A stretch of DNA of 64,000 nt, from contig NC_092383.1 of assembly GCF_030028105.1 (NCBI RefSeq), positions 87,253,921 through 87,317,920 of the forward strand, read 5' to 3'. Below are positions 63,675 through 64,000 of this stretch, in pieces (the first letter of the stretch is position 1; every line of letters begins with the position of its first letter). The translations under genes were made by a program, and so were the position numbers. Under the pieces are notes generated by a model. That model did no database searches and was not told the origin of the DNA. It was given only the letters and a program-made list of their open reading frames with translations. This DNA comes from Mobula birostris (Eukaryota).

Positions 63675-63978
63675 TGTTGTGTATTTCATATTTTAGTAAT
63701 ATTTGAATAATATTATATATATTGTACATATATTCTTGTTTTTTTAAATAATTAAATACGGTTTATAAGTAAAAGACTTAATTTGCATATGCCATGACAT
63801 TACCATGTGATATGTGCACACATTATCGTCGTCGTCTGAACCCTTAATGCCTATGTGACACATGGGGTCTCACGTGCACACATCACTTAAAGTAAAAACA
63901 CAAACTAAGATTTACATTTCTCGGCTCTGTTGTTTTCCTTTGAATTATTTTACTGTTTTGGAGCTACAAACCATAACA
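63675..63978 (+). mobile_element. 3' LTR of the Gypsy remnant
   Basis: TG...CA ends with an imperfect terminal inverted repeat TGTTGTG/CATAACA, directly after a PPT. Confidence 0.7.
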
Positions 63979-64000
63979 AGGACCTTTCATCAAACACAGT

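Larger units (their letters stand above)
62426..63978 (+). mobile_element. Gypsy LTR-retrotransposon remnant: protease-end fragment, RBM25 insert, pol C-terminal tail, PPT, 3' LTR
   Basis: 5' part reads like a Gypsy protease end (SAVS...KLKP..QLRTYPGEK...YVV...GPA.WG..WLRQL.IDW). 3' part reads ELSEPL...PEPEIVSQPQV...ERCCPTGVGNPPQQL, like a pol tail ending ERRYPxRxRxPPxRL. Polypurine tract aagcagggagaag at 63662-63674 precedes TGTTGTG...CATAACA. No 5' LTR was recognised. Confidence 0.75.

Overview
Eukaryotic, repeat-rich vertebrate DNA. The mix of CR1, Rex1/Babar, RTE, Penelope, HE1-type SINEs and Tc1/mariner repeats suggests a cartilaginous fish, probably a ray (inference). The window holds part of a tandem cluster of CD300/pIgR/TREM-like (MDIR-type) Ig-superfamily receptor genes, all on the + strand. 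Gene 1 is 5'-truncated by the window edge: C2-Ig exon 490-807, stalk 5601-5655, TM 6387-6478, cytoplasmic exons 8380-8426 and 9833-10081 with two ITIMs, so inhibitory type. Gene 2 looks intact: leader 17457-17493, four near-identical tandem V exons (27560-27880, 29121-29441, 30667-30987, 32069-32389), Ser/Thr stalk 35079-35229, TM with Arg 38609-38699 and a Tyr-free tail 39501-39590, so activating type. The three introns between the V exons each carry a fold-back mariner-derived element. Downstream lie decayed paralogues: pseudo-V, pseudo-C2 and stalk at 48.1-51.0 kb, a duplicated block that lost its V exon, and pseudo-V plus TM at 60.8-61.6 kb. At the 3' end a Gypsy remnant carries an intronless RBM25 fragment in place of most of pol. 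All exon calls were made by eye from splice signals, phase compatibility and paralogue comparison; no expression data or database searches were available.
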